In this document: positions 9,293-19,898 of the stretch, in pieces | How the letters are laid out: each line of letters starts with the position of its first letter | Numbering within the stretch: the stretch's first letter is position 1 | Source of the DNA: Candidatus Acidiferrales bacterium | GTDB taxonomy: Bacteria > Acidobacteriota > Terriglobia > Acidiferrales > UBA7541 | DNA: 64,000 bases | Direction: 5' to 3' | Assembly (NCBI GenBank): GCA_036513895.1 | Contig: DATBYF010000048.1 | Coordinates: 754-64,753, forward strand | Notes under the pieces: generated by a model | Databases searched by the model: none | What the model was told of the DNA's origin: nothing | Seen by the model: only the letters and a program-made list of their open reading frames with translations | Position numbers and translations under genes: made by a program

Positions 9293-10564
9293 ATGGCTGA
9301 TACATCTCCATCATCGAGGCGCTACGAAAGTTCGCTGGTCGCGATGCTTTTCGTCACCTGGGGCACCGTCTTTCTCGACCGCATGGCGCAGCTTTATCTC
9401 GCTCCGTACATTGCGCCCGAATTCAATCTGAGCCACGAGCAAATCGGATTGCTCGCGTCCGTTCTTGCAATTACCTGGGCGATTTCGACATTATTTTTCG
9501 GCGCGCTTTCGGATCGTGTGGGGCGCAGGCCGATTCTGATTCCCGCGGTGTTCGCGTTTTCGCTGCTGTCGTGGCTTTCGGGAACGGTCCATTCCTACCA
9601 CCAACTCTTGCTGGTTCGCGCGCTGATGGGAATCGCAGAAGGCCCGACGTGGTCGATCATGACGGCGCTCGTCGAAGAATCGTCATCTCCCGAGCGGCGA
9701 GGAAGAAATATCGGAATTGTGGTGAGCGCCGGCGCTCTCGTCGGACTTGCGGCGACGCCGATTCTGACCACCCAGATTGCTGCGCATTTTGGGTGGCGCT
9801 GGGCGTTTTTCGTGGCGGGGATTCCCGGCTTCATCACTGGCCTGCTCATTTGGCGATTTGTTAAGGAGCCGGCGAAAAAGGAAGGCGGCGAATTTCACGG
9901 CCACAAACCGCGGCTAGGAGATTACGTTTCGATTCTGCGCTACCGCAACATCTGGCTTTGCTGCATTGGCGCGACGGGATTCATCGGATGGCTGTTTTTG
10001 AACAGTGTTTTCGCGCCGCTTTACATCACGGAAGTGGCACACCAATCCGGGACGACTGCCGGCTTTCTTCTCGGCGCTTCCGGCCTGGGAAGTTTCATCC
10101 TCGGATTTCTGCTTCCGTCGCTCTCCGACCGGTGGGGACGCAAGCCGGTGCTGTTGCTGATGGCCGCGATGTCGGCAATCGTGCCGCTGGCGCTTTCGTT
10201 TCGGCCTCTCTATGCGTTCCCGTGGATATTGGCCGCCATTATTTTTCTTACAAACGCGGGCCAAGGGATAGCAGCGCTCGTGATGGTTGTCATCCCTACG
10301 GAAAGTGTGCCCCCGCAATTCGCTGCAACTTCCATTGGACTCGCGACGCTCTCAGGCGAAGTATTTGGCGCGACCGTAGCTCCGGTTCTCGGTGGCGCGC
10401 TCGCGCAAACGCACGGCTTGGCCGCTCCACTGTGGATGTCGGCGGGCGGCGCGGCAATCGTTTTTCTTTCCGCATTGTTTTTGACAGAAAGCTCGAAAGT
10501 TAAAAACGCGCGGCTGCAGGCCGAGGCCGTGCGTGCCGATTCTGTGAGGAGCGCGACATCGTGA
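9293..10564 (+). CDS. MFS transporter (possible aromatic-acid permease)
   Basis: Track ORF, 423 aa, about 12 hydrophobic segments, MFS motif A GALSDRVGRRP. Substrate is inferred only from its position after pcaR. Confidence 0.75.
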   Translation: MADTSPSSRRYESSLVAMLFVTWGTVFLDRMAQLYLAPYIAPEFNLSHEQIGLLASVLAITWAISTLFFGALSDRVGRRPILIPAVFAFSLLSWLSGTVHSYHQLLLVRALMGIAEGPTWSIMTALVEESSSPERRGRNIGIVVSAGALVGLAATPILTTQIAAHFGWRWAFFVAGIPGFITGLLIWRFVKEPAKKEGGEFHGHKPRLGDYVSILRYRNIWLCCIGATGFIGWLFLNSVFAPLYITEVAHQSGTTAGFLLGASGLGSFILGFLLPSLSDRWGRKPVLLLMAAMSAIVPLALSFRPLYAFPWILAAIIFLTNAGQGIAALVMVVIPTESVPPQFAATSIGLATLSGEVFGATVAPVLGGALAQTHGLAAPLWMSAGGAAIVFLSALFLTESSKVKNARLQAEAVRADSVRSATS

Positions 10565-10740
10565 AAAGCAATGAGGATCTCGCAAACGACAGCCTCATCT
10601 GGATGTGGACGCAGAATTGATTTTCCCGATGTTGCTGATCAGAAATCATAATTGGTCCGTCGGAATTGAAAGGATGTAGTCGAATCTTGGGAGAGCGGAT
10701 AAGCGGTGGCCGATATTCGCACGTTCGCTCGATTAAAGTC

Positions 10741-10769
10741 TTGACAACTTCTCGCGTTGCGCGTTAATT
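10741..10769 (+). promoter_or_regulatory. Candidate sigma-70-type promoter for the TonB-dependent receptor
   Basis: TTGACA (10741-10746), 17-nt spacer, TTAATT (10764-10769), about 85 nt upstream of ATG 10855. That ATG has an AAGGAG SD. Confidence 0.3.
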
Positions 10770-10854
10770 CTTTTGCCCATTGCGGGTGTTGTTGTCACAA
10801 AAGTGAGGGTTTCTCCAAATCCTAGCACCGAGTCTTTCCCAGAAGGAGCGGATC

Positions 10855-13800
10855 ATGAGGCTACGTTTGGGTGTGTTGGCCGTTCTTGGTCTTGCCGGTA
10901 TTTTGGGCGCTGCAAACTCCTCGTTTGCGCAAGCCAGCTTCGCTCAGCTCAACGGCACGGTCACAGACGAAAGCGGCGGAGCAGTGGCGAAGGCTTCGGT
11001 CTCGGCGCGCGAGTTGGACACGAACCTCTCGTACACCACAACCACCGGAGACGCGGGCTTCTATGTTTTCCCGAAATTGGAGCCGGGACGCTACGAGCTA
11101 AAGGTGTCCTTCACGGGCTTCGCGAATTACACGCAAACGGGACTCGCACTCACCGTCGGCCAGTCCGCAACAGTAAACGTCACGCTGAAAATCGCATCAA
11201 AGGGTGAACAGCTCGTCGTCACAAGCGAAGCGCCAGTGATCGAGCCGACGCGCACCGAAGTCAGCCAGGTAATTGACACGAAGCAAATTGATTCACTGCC
11301 TATCAGCGGCCGCCTGTTTACGGACTTTGCGCTTCTGACTCCTGGAGTTGCCACCGGCCGGACCAGCCTGCAATCCACGATCACGGAATTCGAAGTGACC
11401 CGCGTCTCCTTTGCCGGCATGCGCGACCTCAGCAATGAAGTCACCGTGGACGGCGCAGACAACATCAATACCGCGACGGGCTCGCAGCGCTCCACGCCTC
11501 CGCAGGAAGCAGTAAGCGAATTTCGCGTCGTCAACAATAGCTTCGGCGCGGAATATGGCCGCGCGCTCGGCGGAATCGTTAACATCGTTACGAAATCCGG
11601 CGGGAATGATTTCCACGGTTCGATTTACGACTATTTGCAAAACAACGCCACTGATGCGCGCTCGCTCCTGCAGCCAGCGCCGGAAGGTGATGCCTTGCGC
11701 CAGAATCAATTCGGCGCAACGGTAGGCGGTCCGATCAAGAAAGATAAGACTTTCTTCTTCGCGAATTATGAGGGACAGCGACGCGGCGAATCTCCGACGT
11801 ATCCGACCACGCTGATTGAACCGGTAACGCTGCTTGATGGAACGCAGACAACAAATCTGGGGCTCGTCGATGCAGCCAAAGCGGCACTAGGAATCGCCCC
11901 TGAGAACGTGAACATTTTGAAGACGAAGGACAATGATTACGGAATCGTCAAAATCGATCACCAATTCAATGCGGACAATCACCTGTCCATCCGGTACGGG
12001 GTCGAAGACGCCCGCGACCTCAATCAACTTGTCGGCAGCACGCTCGACGGCGGCGGCATCGGAGCGCCCAGCAGCGGGCACAATGTATTCCTTCGCGACC
12101 AGTCGCTCGTCGGAGACATCTCCTCCACGCTGAAACCAAACCTAGTGAACAGCTTCCTCGCACAGTGGGCGCGCCGGCACTACAACTTCCCCGGAACTAC
12201 CGGCCAACCAAACCTAGATATTCCAAACACGCTATTATTCGGGCACAACTTTGGCGTCCTCGATGCAATTTACGAGAGCCGCGCGCAATTTTCAGATTCT
12301 TTGGCTTGGGTGAAGGGCAATCACGTTGCGAAGTTTGGGGTAGATTTTAATTACGTCGAGAATTTCGTCATTTGGCCCGGCTTTACGCCGATGCGCATCG
12401 TCCTACCTGGGCTTAACTGCCTCGTCGACTTTGCAAACTCCGTCACCGCTATCGCAAATCCGCTCGGGCCGTTCATCGCCTCGGCTCCCGCCGATGGCCC
12501 CTGCCCGACATCCGGAGGATTCCCATCGGTTCCCGGCCCGAATCCCCTGGATCCGCTCAATGGCGTGCCGATCGTTTTCTGGGGCGACCCGGTCGGGAGC
12601 GGCACGGTCATGCCGGGATTCCAGCCGCCAGCGATTCCGACAAACTGGCAGAACGCCTACCTGCCGTCTCAGGCGGTCAACTTCTCGGAAACGCTTAACC
12701 ACAGCTACTATGGCTTCTACGCGCAAGATCAATGGCGATTGTCGCCGAAGTTTACGGTTAACTACGGCTTGCGTTACGACTTTGAAGCTGGACTCTCAAA
12801 GCAAATCAATCCTGACTATAAAGGATTTCAGCCTCGCATTGGTTTCGCTTATTCGCCGGATACCAAGACCGTTATCCGCGCGGGTTTTGGACTCTTTGAC
12901 GATCGATACAACCTGTCTTTCCTGTTCATCACGCAGCCGCAACGTCCTAATACGATTCCCGGAGAAACATTGCCTGGCATTAGGCAGGGAGCGGACTCGG
13001 CAACATGGGTTCTGAACCAGCTGTCACCGGGCCCTCCGAATCCTGGCGGTCAAGTGATTCTTCCAGCGCAGGCGGCGGCGACTTTGGTGACCTCTGGCGT
13101 AGTGCCCCCGGAATATCTCACAGGTGCTAACAATCAAACCGTTACGGCGGGCTCGGGAATGGTCGACCACGCCAGCCGGATTCCATACTCGGAGCAAGCC
13201 AACATCGAAATTGATCGTGAGATCGGCCACGGCTTGGCAATCAGCGCTGGATACCTCTTCGTCGCCGCGCATAAACTGGTTCGCGCCGAAGATTTAAACG
13301 TTTGCCCGCCAGATGGCGCTCCTGCCAGCACTACTGTCCCGGCCATCACTCCCGGGACACCGGGTTGCACGCCTGGACCGGCATCGGCAATTCCGCCGGA
13401 CTGGCCCGCGGGAAAGGCATATTTCTACAATGGGAATCCCGGCGGCTCGGTCGCGTACACCAATGCCGGCCTTCTGTACTTCACGGACAACTCCGGAAAT
13501 TCCATCTATCACGGCCTAACGCTTCAGGTAAGCGAGAGGATCAAGAACTTCAGCCTGAACGCGAACTACACCTTCTCGCACACGTTGGATGATGGAACTT
13601 TTACCACGTTCGTCAGCACACCTCAGGACCTGTATGACCGGGCTGCGGAACGAGCGAACTCGAACCAGGACGTCCGCCACCGGTTCATTACGAACTTCAC
13701 CGCCGAGGGCCCGAAAGAGAGCTTCCTGCGGAAGTTTGCGTTCAGCAGCATCATCACACTGCAAACGGGACGGCCATTTACGGACTTCGTGGGTTTCGAT

Positions 13801-14241
13801 GCGAACGGCGATACCAATCCGGTTACGGACCGCGTCGGGCTTGAGCCAAGAAACTCCTACTACGGCGATCCACTTTACTCTTGGGACCTTCGGCTCTCTC
13901 GCTACTTCCAGATCAGAGAGCGGCTGCGATTGGATCTGATGGTTGATGCGTTCAATGTGCTCAATCGGCCGAATGTGGACGAAGTCACTTCTGTGTATGG
14001 CGCCGCGGTCTTCTGCGGAACCGGCCCCGTACCGATGCGCTACAAAGACGCAGGGACGCTCGCGGCCCAGCAAGAAGCAATTGCTTTCGACACAGGAACT
14101 GGACCTCCAACTTGCCCTGGATTCGGTGGTACAGGTTTGGGACTGACGCCGGCTCCTCCAGTGCCGAACTCTTTGTTCGGCACGCCGAGAACGATGCTGA
14201 ATCCGCGCCAGTTCCAGTTCGCGGCGAAGTTCTCGTTTTAA
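10855..14241 (+). CDS. TonB-dependent outer-membrane receptor with N-terminal carboxypeptidase-regulatory-like domain
   Basis: Track ORF, 1128 aa. It has a signal peptide (...ANSSFAQA), a CarboxypepD_reg-like domain (GTVTDESGGAVAKASVSAREL...GFYVFPKLEPGRYELKVSFTGF), a long beta-barrel region and a C-terminal aromatic end FQFAAKFSF. Confidence 0.85.
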   Translation: MRLRLGVLAVLGLAGILGAANSSFAQASFAQLNGTVTDESGGAVAKASVSARELDTNLSYTTTTGDAGFYVFPKLEPGRYELKVSFTGFANYTQTGLALTVGQSATVNVTLKIASKGEQLVVTSEAPVIEPTRTEVSQVIDTKQIDSLPISGRLFTDFALLTPGVATGRTSLQSTITEFEVTRVSFAGMRDLSNEVTVDGADNINTATGSQRSTPPQEAVSEFRVVNNSFGAEYGRALGGIVNIVTKSGGNDFHGSIYDYLQNNATDARSLLQPAPEGDALRQNQFGATVGGPIKKDKTFFFANYEGQRRGESPTYPTTLIEPVTLLDGTQTTNLGLVDAAKAALGIAPENVNILKTKDNDYGIVKIDHQFNADNHLSIRYGVEDARDLNQLVGSTLDGGGIGAPSSGHNVFLRDQSLVGDISSTLKPNLVNSFLAQWARRHYNFPGTTGQPNLDIPNTLLFGHNFGVLDAIYESRAQFSDSLAWVKGNHVAKFGVDFNYVENFVIWPGFTPMRIVLPGLNCLVDFANSVTAIANPLGPFIASAPADGPCPTSGGFPSVPGPNPLDPLNGVPIVFWGDPVGSGTVMPGFQPPAIPTNWQNAYLPSQAVNFSETLNHSYYGFYAQDQWRLSPKFTVNYGLRYDFEAGLSKQINPDYKGFQPRIGFAYSPDTKTVIRAGFGLFDDRYNLSFLFITQPQRPNTIPGETLPGIRQGADSATWVLNQLSPGPPNPGGQVILPAQAAATLVTSGVVPPEYLTGANNQTVTAGSGMVDHASRIPYSEQANIEIDREIGHGLAISAGYLFVAAHKLVRAEDLNVCPPDGAPASTTVPAITPGTPGCTPGPASAIPPDWPAGKAYFYNGNPGGSVAYTNAGLLYFTDNSGNSIYHGLTLQVSERIKNFSLNANYTFSHTLDDGTFTTFVSTPQDLYDRAAERANSNQDVRHRFITNFTAEGPKESFLRKFAFSSIITLQTGRPFTDFVGFDANGDTNPVTDRVGLEPRNSYYGDPLYSWDLRLSRYFQIRERLRLDLMVDAFNVLNRPNVDEVTSVYGAAVFCGTGPVPMRYKDAGTLAAQQEAIAFDTGTGPPTCPGFGGTGLGLTPAPPVPNSLFGTPRTMLNPRQFQFAAKFSF

Positions 14242-14627
14242 GGCTGCATAGGCGCGATTTTCGGCGTATAGGCAGTCGCGCAGAACGCAAAAATAAGAGA
14301 GCAGGCAGAACCTCGGCGCGCATCAAATCGGTGCGCGCTGCAGCAGGTTAACTTCGTACCGGTCTAGTCGTCAGACATTCCGTCAAATTTTGACCGCCAT
14401 GAACGCCGGTCATGGATCGTGACGAAACGACGGGGTGCAGATTTCGTTCGGTGGGAACATGCGGCTGTCTGACTGTATCGCGAAGCAAGCCCGCCGTGGC
14501 CGTAACACGACACATACCTCGACGAACTCGTCCTTCTTCCCAGCACCGGAGGCTTTTCTAATGGCAGTCTTCGTGTTGTTCACAGATCCTGGCACAATGG
14601 CGGCGCGTGGCAAACGTGCAAACGTAG

Positions 14628-15329
14628 ATGCTGAAACTCAGCGCTAAACCGGAACCGATCGAAATTGATCCCGCGAAATCTGCGATCGTCGTGGTCGATA
14701 TGCAGAATGCGTTCGCGAGCAAGGGCGGGACACTCGACATCGCGGGAGTGGATCTATCCGACGCGCCACGCGTGGTCCGTACGATTCGCCGCGTCCTCGA
14801 TGCCGCTCGATCGGTCCGCATGCAGATTGTCTATCTCCAAATGGCCTACAAGCCGGACTTGAGCAACGCCGGAGGACCGCATTCCCCGAATGGCTACAAG
14901 GAACTGGCGATGACGCTGATGCGTTCGAAGCCAGAGCTTAGCGGAAAGCTTCTGACCGAAGGAACGTGGGACAGTAAAATCGTCGACGAACTAGCGCCGC
15001 AGCCCGGAGACCTCGTCGTGGTCAAAACGAGATACAGCGGGTTCGCGAGCACAACTCTCGATTCGCAGCTCCGCGTGCGCGGCATTCGGTATCTGATTCT
15101 TGCGGGCGTCGCGGCGAATGTGTGCGTCGAGTCGACGCTGCGCGACGCCTATTTTCACGATTACTGGCCCATCCTTGTGGCCGACGCCACTATGGCCGCG
15201 GGCGGACAGGCCATTTACGATGCCACGTTGTTCAACGTCGAATCTTTTTTCGGCTGGAGCGTGAAATCGGAAGAGCTGTGCATGGCTCTGTGTGAGCGAA
15301 GGGGACAAGCGGCTCGTGTGGACGGCTGA
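14628..15329 (+). CDS. Isochorismatase-family cysteine hydrolase, RutB-like amidohydrolase
   Basis: Track ORF, 233 aa, with VVVDMQNAF, VVKTRYSGF and ANVCVESTLRD (Asp/Lys/Cys triad context). It resembles E. coli RutB end to end as I recall that sequence. Confidence 0.75.
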   Translation: MLKLSAKPEPIEIDPAKSAIVVVDMQNAFASKGGTLDIAGVDLSDAPRVVRTIRRVLDAARSVRMQIVYLQMAYKPDLSNAGGPHSPNGYKELAMTLMRSKPELSGKLLTEGTWDSKIVDELAPQPGDLVVVKTRYSGFASTTLDSQLRVRGIRYLILAGVAANVCVESTLRDAYFHDYWPILVADATMAAGGQAIYDATLFNVESFFGWSVKSEELCMALCERRGQAARVDG

Positions 15330-17325
15330 CATCGACGTTGGCGGGACGCTCACCGACGGCTTATTCACCGGCGGAAACGAAATCGTTTCCGTCAAAGTTG
15401 ACACGACTCCGCACGACCTGACTTTTTGCCTGTTTGATTGCCTCACGCAAGCAGCTACGAAGCTCGATTTCCCCAACGTTGCTTCGTTTCTCGAAGTGGT
15501 CGAATTGATTCGATGGTCCACGACGATTACGTCGAACGTGTTGGCAGAGCTGCGCGGCCCGCGCATCGGTTTGCTAATTTCGGCTGGCAACGAGACGACT
15601 CTCTACGGCAATGAGCCCTGCACGACGGTCTTGAATCGTCTGATATCTGAACGCGATGTAATTGGACTGAACGGCTCGGCGAGTGACGTTGACGTCATGA
15701 ACGCTGCTCGCGCGCTTCTTGAAAGCGGCTCCCGGCGCATCTGCGTCAGCCTAAAAGGCTCGCACGGAAATCCCGATCGGGAGCTCGCATTCAAGCGAAC
15801 CATCGACCAACAATATCCTGACCACTTCCTGGGGTCCGTGCCGGTTCTCGCGGGTAGCGATATCTCGAAAAGTGCTGACGATCGCACGCGAACATATTGC
15901 GCGCTGATCAATGCCTACACGCATGGGGCATTGGCGGCAACGCTCTTCAAGGCAGAAGATGATCTGCGGGAAACTGCCGGTTATGCCGGGTCGTTCCTCG
16001 TAAGCCACATCAATGGCGGCGTCGCAGGCGTTTCGAAAACCAAGGCGATCGACACAATCGAGTCAGGTCCAGTCCTGGGTATTCTCGCCGGCTCTACTTT
16101 CGCGAAGGCCTACGGATTCCGCGACGCAATCGCGATGGATATCGGCGGCACGACGGCGAAAGTCAGCGTCCTCCGAAATTCCGAGCCGATGTACCGAAAG
16201 CCGGCCGACCTCTTCGGAATTCCGGTCGAGATTTCACTTCCCTACTTGCGCTCGATCGCTCTTGGCGGCGGAAGCGTTGTGAAATCAGTAGGAGACGCTC
16301 GATCTCCCGCTATTCAGCTCGGTCCCGAAAGCATGGGGTCCTATCCCGGCCCCGCGTGTTACGCACTCGGCGGCGATCAGCCCACGCTTACTGACGCACT
16401 TGTTGCGGCTGGGCTGATTAATCCTGAATATTTCCTGGGGGGCACGAAACTCATCGATCGCGAACTGGCTCGCAAAGCCATCCAAGAATCCATCGCGCGG
16501 CCGCTTGGTCTTTCTGTTGAAGGCGCGTGTCGCACGATTATCGGATCGGCGTTCGAGTTGGTGGCGAACGTCATCGCCGGCGCTCACGTTGAACTGAAAC
16601 TCGATTTTTCGAAGTTCCCTCTTTTTGCCTATGGTGGAAATGGAGGCCTTTTTGCCTGCGGCGTCGCAGAAAAGGCCGGGTTGTCGAGCGTCCGGATTTT
16701 CTCGCTTGGGCCTGTATTCAGCGCGTTCGGCTCCTCGGTCTCGGATATCGTCCACGTCTACGAGCGCGCTCTTCCCGCAGAATCGGTTACAGACGCGACC
16801 GCCGCTCGCTTTCGCCAGATTCTCGACGAAATGAAGACCGACGCTGCAAAAGATCTTCTGGGCGAAGGAATCAAGCCACACAATTTGAGTTACACGATCG
16901 AATTTGAAATATCAAGGGACGACCGGCATTCGGTATCTGTTGTCGTTTTAGAGACGGCACTCAGGAGTGCAGAAGAACTGAAAACTGCGCTAACGGTCGC
17001 GGTCACCGCTGCCGGAGAAAATCAGTCCACGCCGGGTATTCTCGAACTTCTTCGAGTGCGGGTACGAAAGGAAATGTCGAAGCCACGACTGACCGAGCTT
17101 GCATTGCAAGGTTCCGATTCTTCCGACGCGCTCATCGGAACGCGCGAAGTTTTCTGGGGCAGCTGTAGCGGCCAGGCAAAAATCTACCGCTGGGAATCTC
17201 TGCTGCCCGGCAATCGCGTGGATGGCTGCGCGATTCTCGAAGGCGTCAATACAACATACTTTGTGCCCGAAGACTGGACGATGGTGGTAGACAGCTATGG
17301 AAATGGAGATTTGAGCCGGCGGTAG
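15292..17325 (+). CDS. Hydantoinase A/oxoprolinase-family subunit (first, divergent HyuA paralog; Apc alpha'-like)
   Basis: Track ORF, 677 aa, with DIDVGGTLTDG and AMDIGGTTAKV ASKHA-type phosphate motifs. An in-frame GTG at 15316 is an alternative start that reduces the overlap with the upstream gene. Confidence 0.8.
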   Translation: MSEGDKRLVWTADIDVGGTLTDGLFTGGNEIVSVKVDTTPHDLTFCLFDCLTQAATKLDFPNVASFLEVVELIRWSTTITSNVLAELRGPRIGLLISAGNETTLYGNEPCTTVLNRLISERDVIGLNGSASDVDVMNAARALLESGSRRICVSLKGSHGNPDRELAFKRTIDQQYPDHFLGSVPVLAGSDISKSADDRTRTYCALINAYTHGALAATLFKAEDDLRETAGYAGSFLVSHINGGVAGVSKTKAIDTIESGPVLGILAGSTFAKAYGFRDAIAMDIGGTTAKVSVLRNSEPMYRKPADLFGIPVEISLPYLRSIALGGGSVVKSVGDARSPAIQLGPESMGSYPGPACYALGGDQPTLTDALVAAGLINPEYFLGGTKLIDRELARKAIQESIARPLGLSVEGACRTIIGSAFELVANVIAGAHVELKLDFSKFPLFAYGGNGGLFACGVAEKAGLSSVRIFSLGPVFSAFGSSVSDIVHVYERALPAESVTDATAARFRQILDEMKTDAAKDLLGEGIKPHNLSYTIEFEISRDDRHSVSVVVLETALRSAEELKTALTVAVTAAGENQSTPGILELLRVRVRKEMSKPRLTELALQGSDSSDALIGTREVFWGSCSGQAKIYRWESLLPGNRVDGCAILEGVNTTYFVPEDWTMVVDSYGNGDLSRR

Positions 17326-17369
17326 AATACGAGACCAAGTCCGGATTCAATTTTTGCGGGAAGGCATAT

Positions 17370-17756
17370 ATGCCACAAGAATCGCAAAGCAAAATTCGAA
17401 TCACTGAGCATCTCGATCTCGATGTGGACCACGAGGAATGGCTGTGTAATCGCTGCGGGCGCACTTTGGGCCCAGCCCGCGAGAATTACAAAAAGGGCTG
17501 CCTGTTATACGAACGCGACCCCCGCGAAATTCACCCGCCCATCGTCACCGGAAGCTTCAATTTTTCTCCGGATCCGCTCTGGGTCCGCATCGTCGAATTC
17601 TATTGCCCCGGCTGCGGCACCCAGATCGAAACCGAATACCTGCCTCCCGGCCATCCGATCACGCACGATATCGAACTCGATCTCGACAAACTCAAAGAGC
17701 GCCTCCGCAAAGGTGAATTCGTAATTCGCGCGGAGCGGCTCGAGGTCACGGAATGA
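17370..17756 (+). CDS. Acetone/acetophenone carboxylase gamma-subunit-like small Zn-ribbon protein
   Basis: Track ORF, 128 aa, with CNRCG...NYKKG...FYCPGCGTQIETEYLPPGHP (two CxxC pairs). It has an ATGA overlap with the next gene. Confidence 0.75.
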   Translation: MPQESQSKIRITEHLDLDVDHEEWLCNRCGRTLGPARENYKKGCLLYERDPREIHPPIVTGSFNFSPDPLWVRIVEFYCPGCGTQIETEYLPPGHPITHDIELDLDKLKERLRKGEFVIRAERLEVTE

Positions 17757-19873
17757 ATTCGATTGACATCGACGTAGGTGGAACTTTCACCGACCTCGTT
17801 CTTCATCACAATGGGCGGTCGCTGATCAAAAAAGTCTCGACCACGCCTTACGACCTATCGGTGTGTTTCTCGCGGGTGATCGAGGAGGGCGCGAAGTCTA
17901 TCGGCCTGAAGACCGAAGAGCTCTTGCCTGAAATCGATATGATCCGGTACTCGACCACGATCGCGATGAACCGGCTCATCGAGAGGAAAGGGCCGCGCCT
18001 GGGACTCATCACCACGGAAGGTCACGAAGACGTTGTGCTGATCGGACGCGGCGCGCAGTGGATTGACGGGACGCGGGTCGCCGAACGCCGGAACCTGGCG
18101 ATTCAGAAAAAGCCTGATCCACTAATTCCGCGTGACATGATCGTAGGCGTCAAAGAACGCGTCGATTCGCGCGGGAGAGTAATTCGGCCGCTTGACGAAA
18201 ATAACGTCCGCGAAAAAGTCCGCTATCTCGTGTCACGCGGGGCGCGCGGTTTTGTCGTCTCGTTTCTCTGGGGCTTTCTGAATCCAATCCACGAGCGGCG
18301 CGTGAAGGAAATCATTCGTGACGAATACAAGGAATTCCACATCGGCTACCTGCCGGTCGTTCTGGCTGGTCAGGTAGTCGGCAAGCTCGGGGAATATGAA
18401 AGGACTCTCGCAGCGATTCTCGATGCCTACCTCCAAAGATCCATGCAGATCGAACTTTCCGCGATGTGGGACAAGTTGCGCGAGCGCGGCTACAAGAGAC
18501 CCCTGCTGATGATTCAAAGCTCCGGCGGCATCGCCGAAGTATTTCGCACCACCGCCAGTCGGACTTTTAACAGTGGCCCTGTGTCCGGGCTGATGGGCGC
18601 GCAGCATGTTGCGAAATCTCTGGGATATCAGAACGTCGTGATGTCAGACATGGGCGGCACGAGCTTCGACGTCGGCCTGGTTGTCAAAGATAGCGTCAGA
18701 AGTTATGACTTCCGCCCGATCATCGATCGCTGGATGGTCGGAATCACGATGATCAAGACGCTTTCGATCGGCGCCGGCGGCGGCTCGATCGCCTCGATCA
18801 ATCGCCTGCTCCAAAATCGCGTGCAAGTGGGGCCGCGCAGCGCGGGCTCAATGCCTGGTCCAGCGTGCTTCAATCTCGGCGGAACGGATCCCACAGTCAC
18901 GGACGCCGACGTCGTGCTCGGCTACATCAATCCTGATTATTACTTCGGCGGTCGGATGCGCCTTGAGAAAAGCCGCGCAATACAAGCAATCCGCGACAAA
19001 ATTGCCAAGCCTCTGGGTGTGAGTGTCGAAGAAGGCGCGGAGATCATTCGTAAAATCGTGAACGGAAATATGTCGTCGGCAATCATGAAGGAAGTCCACC
19101 TTCGGGGTCATAGCCCTGATGAATTTATTCTCTTTGTCGGAGGCGGTGCCGGGCCGACGCATGCCGAAGGATTCAAGGGCGATATCCCAAAGGCGGTCAC
19201 GTTCCCATTTTCGCCGGTATTCTGCGCGTTTGGCTCATCAACGATGGATATCATGCATGTGTACGAAGCCTCGAAGAAGCTCACCTTGATGACGCCGGGA
19301 ACTCAGGACATCACCAACGAGTACGAAATCTTCAATCAGACGGTCGAATCGCTGCTCGACCAAGCTCGCAAGGATCTGATCGCAGATGGCCTCGAAGAAA
19401 CACAGGCATCGTACGTACTGGAATTAGACATGCTGTACGGCGGCCAATTTCACGTAAAGCGGGCTCTCTCACCGCGGATGTTAATGCACGGCAAAGAAGA
19501 CGTCATCGCGATATGCGACGCGTTCAATAAAGAGTTCAGCGAAGCTTTCAGCCCCTTCGTCGTGAACCCCGAGGGCGGAATTTTCATCGAGAGTTTCATT
19601 CTCAAGGCCATCGTGCCAACCAAGAAAGTCAGCATGCCCACGATGAAACTCGAAAGAACGAATCCATCGGCGGCGCGAAAGGGTGAACGGCCCGCATATT
19701 GGCCCGCCGAAAAAGATTATCGTGACACGCCCATTTTCACGTACGAAGCGCTGCGCCCGGGCAACGTCGTCGAAGGCCCTGCGATTATCGAAGGCGAATA
19801 CACGACCGTTGTCGTTCCAGCGCCTTTGCATTTGCGAATTGACGAGCGCGGGCTTGGAATATTGGAATTCTGA
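17753..19873 (+). CDS. Hydantoinase A/oxoprolinase-family subunit (second HyuA paralog; carboxylase ATP-binding subunit-like)
   Basis: Track ORF, 706 aa, with IDIDVGGTFTDLV and SDMGGTSFDVG motifs. Confidence 0.85.
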   Translation: MNSIDIDVGGTFTDLVLHHNGRSLIKKVSTTPYDLSVCFSRVIEEGAKSIGLKTEELLPEIDMIRYSTTIAMNRLIERKGPRLGLITTEGHEDVVLIGRGAQWIDGTRVAERRNLAIQKKPDPLIPRDMIVGVKERVDSRGRVIRPLDENNVREKVRYLVSRGARGFVVSFLWGFLNPIHERRVKEIIRDEYKEFHIGYLPVVLAGQVVGKLGEYERTLAAILDAYLQRSMQIELSAMWDKLRERGYKRPLLMIQSSGGIAEVFRTTASRTFNSGPVSGLMGAQHVAKSLGYQNVVMSDMGGTSFDVGLVVKDSVRSYDFRPIIDRWMVGITMIKTLSIGAGGGSIASINRLLQNRVQVGPRSAGSMPGPACFNLGGTDPTVTDADVVLGYINPDYYFGGRMRLEKSRAIQAIRDKIAKPLGVSVEEGAEIIRKIVNGNMSSAIMKEVHLRGHSPDEFILFVGGGAGPTHAEGFKGDIPKAVTFPFSPVFCAFGSSTMDIMHVYEASKKLTLMTPGTQDITNEYEIFNQTVESLLDQARKDLIADGLEETQASYVLELDMLYGGQFHVKRALSPRMLMHGKEDVIAICDAFNKEFSEAFSPFVVNPEGGIFIESFILKAIVPTKKVSMPTMKLERTNPSAARKGERPAYWPAEKDYRDTPIFTYEALRPGNVVEGPAIIEGEYTTVVVPAPLHLRIDERGLGILEF

Positions 19874-19898
19874 GCGCCCTGAGGATTGAAGGAGTCAC

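Noticed and set aside
14590-14604. TGGCAC-N7-GC element 25 nt upstream of the RutB-like gene, a possible sigma-54 promoter
   Set aside because: Only the -24 half is good. The -12 region reads CGGCG instead of TTGCW. It is too close to the ATG for a normal leader, and no EBP is nearby.
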